This document shows, in pieces, positions 60,969 through 64,000 of a DNA stretch of 64,000 bases. A program made the position numbers and the translations under genes. Origin of the DNA: Sedimentisphaerales bacterium (GTDB lineage: Bacteria; Planctomycetota; Phycisphaerae; Sedimentisphaerales; SM23-30). The stretch spans positions 79,095 to 143,094 of the forward strand of contig CAXXMR010000027.1 of assembly GCA_963663805.2 (NCBI GenBank). Reading direction: 5' to 3'. The stretch's first letter is position 1. Every line of letters begins with the position of its first letter. The notes below the pieces were generated by a model. That model was not told the origin of the DNA. It worked only from the letters and a program-made list of their open reading frames with translations, and searched no databases.

Positions 60969-61307
60969 TAATGGCTCTTACCTGCTGGCCGAAATCAATC
61001 CAAATGATAATTTAAATTCGTTCAAGACCGGTAGCATAACGCATTTTATACACAACCAACAAGCCATATTTGCCGGGAGGTCACGAAAGTTTTTTTTGGT
61101 GTGCCCAAAAGCGTTCTATATAACAATTTATTTATGAATTATCGCTCAATGGTTAGCCGCTTCGTTACTTTTTGCCAGTAATAGACTTATACGGAGCAGG
61201 TAGGTTTTTATACCACTTGCTTTTACTGTATATAAAATAAACTTGATTAAAGCGGCCTTGGTAGTGCTGTTAGACGCTTCTGTGCTAAAAAAAATATAGT
61301 TTTTTTA

Positions 61308-61336
61308 TTGCCCGTCAAGTGGAGCTCCGCTATATT
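61308..61336 (+). promoter_or_regulatory. sigma70-type promoter of acs
   Basis: TTGCCC-17-TATATT about 215 bp before the ATG. Confidence 0.5.
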
Positions 61337-61550
61337 CAGCGTACGGAAATCCGAGGAAGTCCCAGCAAAATAAATTGTTGGCAGACAATCACTTGCGGCA
61401 ATCTGTAGTTCTTTACCGCACATCAGCCTCGGTATTCGACAGCTTAAGATACGTTTTGACCTGCGTTCCTCTGCCGGGCGGTTAATGTACGCCCGCCAGC
61501 TGAAACCGGGTATTATTAGCCGTTGTACTGCGAATAAGGAGCAAGTTATT

Positions 61551-63512
<1,962 letters not shown>

Positions 63513-63542
63513 TTTAACAATAGCGTCCCGGATAGATTACAT

Positions 63543-63577
63543 GCGGCAGAACCCTGAAAAGTTCTGCCGCTTTTTTT
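63543..63577 (+). terminator. Rho-independent terminator
   Basis: gcggcagaac...gttctgccgc plus T7. Confidence 0.8.
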
Positions 63578-63578
63578 A

Positions 63579-64000
63579 TTATAAAGGCAGCACCACGCCG
63601 TTACACTCCTGCCTCTTGCCTCCTGCCTCCTGCCTCTGACTATCATTAAACAGCCGGGCCTTCTCAACACCATTCAGAACCATATTCTTATGCTGAACCA
63701 TTTTGCTGACTGCCTCACGAGCGTGTCCCATATAAACCATAGGCTCAAATTCCGCCGAGTCATCACGGAAAAGCTGACGAATCGCCCCGGTAACCGCCAG
63801 ACGCAAATCGGTATCGATATTTACTTTGCAAATGGTGTAGTTCACCGCCTCGCGAACGCTTTCGTCCGCCAGCCCGATAGCGTTTTTCATGGTCCCGCCG
63901 CAGGAGTTTATCTGATGGATAATATGAGTCGGCACAGCACTGCTGCCGTGTACGACAATCGGGAAGCCCGGCAGTTCTTTTTGAAAGCTCTCCAGCACAT
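63579..64000 (-). CDS. fba: Class II fructose-bisphosphate aldolase, C-terminal part
   Basis: VVHGSSAVP, KVNIDTDLRLA; truncated by the window end. Confidence 0.85.
   Translation of the reverse strand, partial: VLESFQKELPGFPIVVHGSSAVPTHIIHQINSCGGTMKNAIGLADESVREAVNYTICKVNIDTDLRLAVTGAIRQLFRDDSAEFEPMVYMGHAREAVSKMVQHKNMVLNGVEKARLFNDSQRQEAGGKRQECNGVVLPL
63606..63636. repeat. Heptamer tandem repeat (CTCCTGC, about 4.4 copies)
   Basis: ctcctgc ctcttgc ctcctgc ctcctgc ctc. Confidence 0.8.

Overview
Bacterial chromosomal window of roughly 50% GC. It is most likely Planctomycetota (Phycisphaerae/Sedimentisphaerales-like), inferred from PEP-CTERM proteins, prepilin-type DUF1559-like proteins, dockerin-like modules and mcsA/mcsB without ctsR. 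Most of it is housekeeping: coaD-queD, mcsA-mcsB, rnr, a TetR-controlled RND efflux operon, dnaG-rpoD, clpC, dacB, recQ, tRNA-Gln-prs-rplY-pth-rpsF-ssb-rpsR-rplI-dnaB, bamA-skp-lpxD-lpxC/fabZ-lpxA-lpxA-oxidoreductase-pdxJ-dapA, acs and partial fba. It also holds a pseudopilin-secretin-TPR-histidine kinase-receiver-HD-GYP cluster. Six genes, several of them essential, carry frameshifts in two blocks (4.4-5.0 kb and 46.9-52.6 kb), probably sequencing errors. The most interesting unexplained signals are non-coding: a promoter- and terminator-bounded GAGAG-repeat sRNA candidate, structured elements at 5.45, 43.57 and 61.35 kb, a repeated 62-bp palindromic element next to phased A-tracts, and strand skew that switches over tens of kb. 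Tandem lpxA paralogues with a GnnA-like gene are also notable. No CRISPR array, prophage or intact transposase was seen. All structures and alignments were done by eye.
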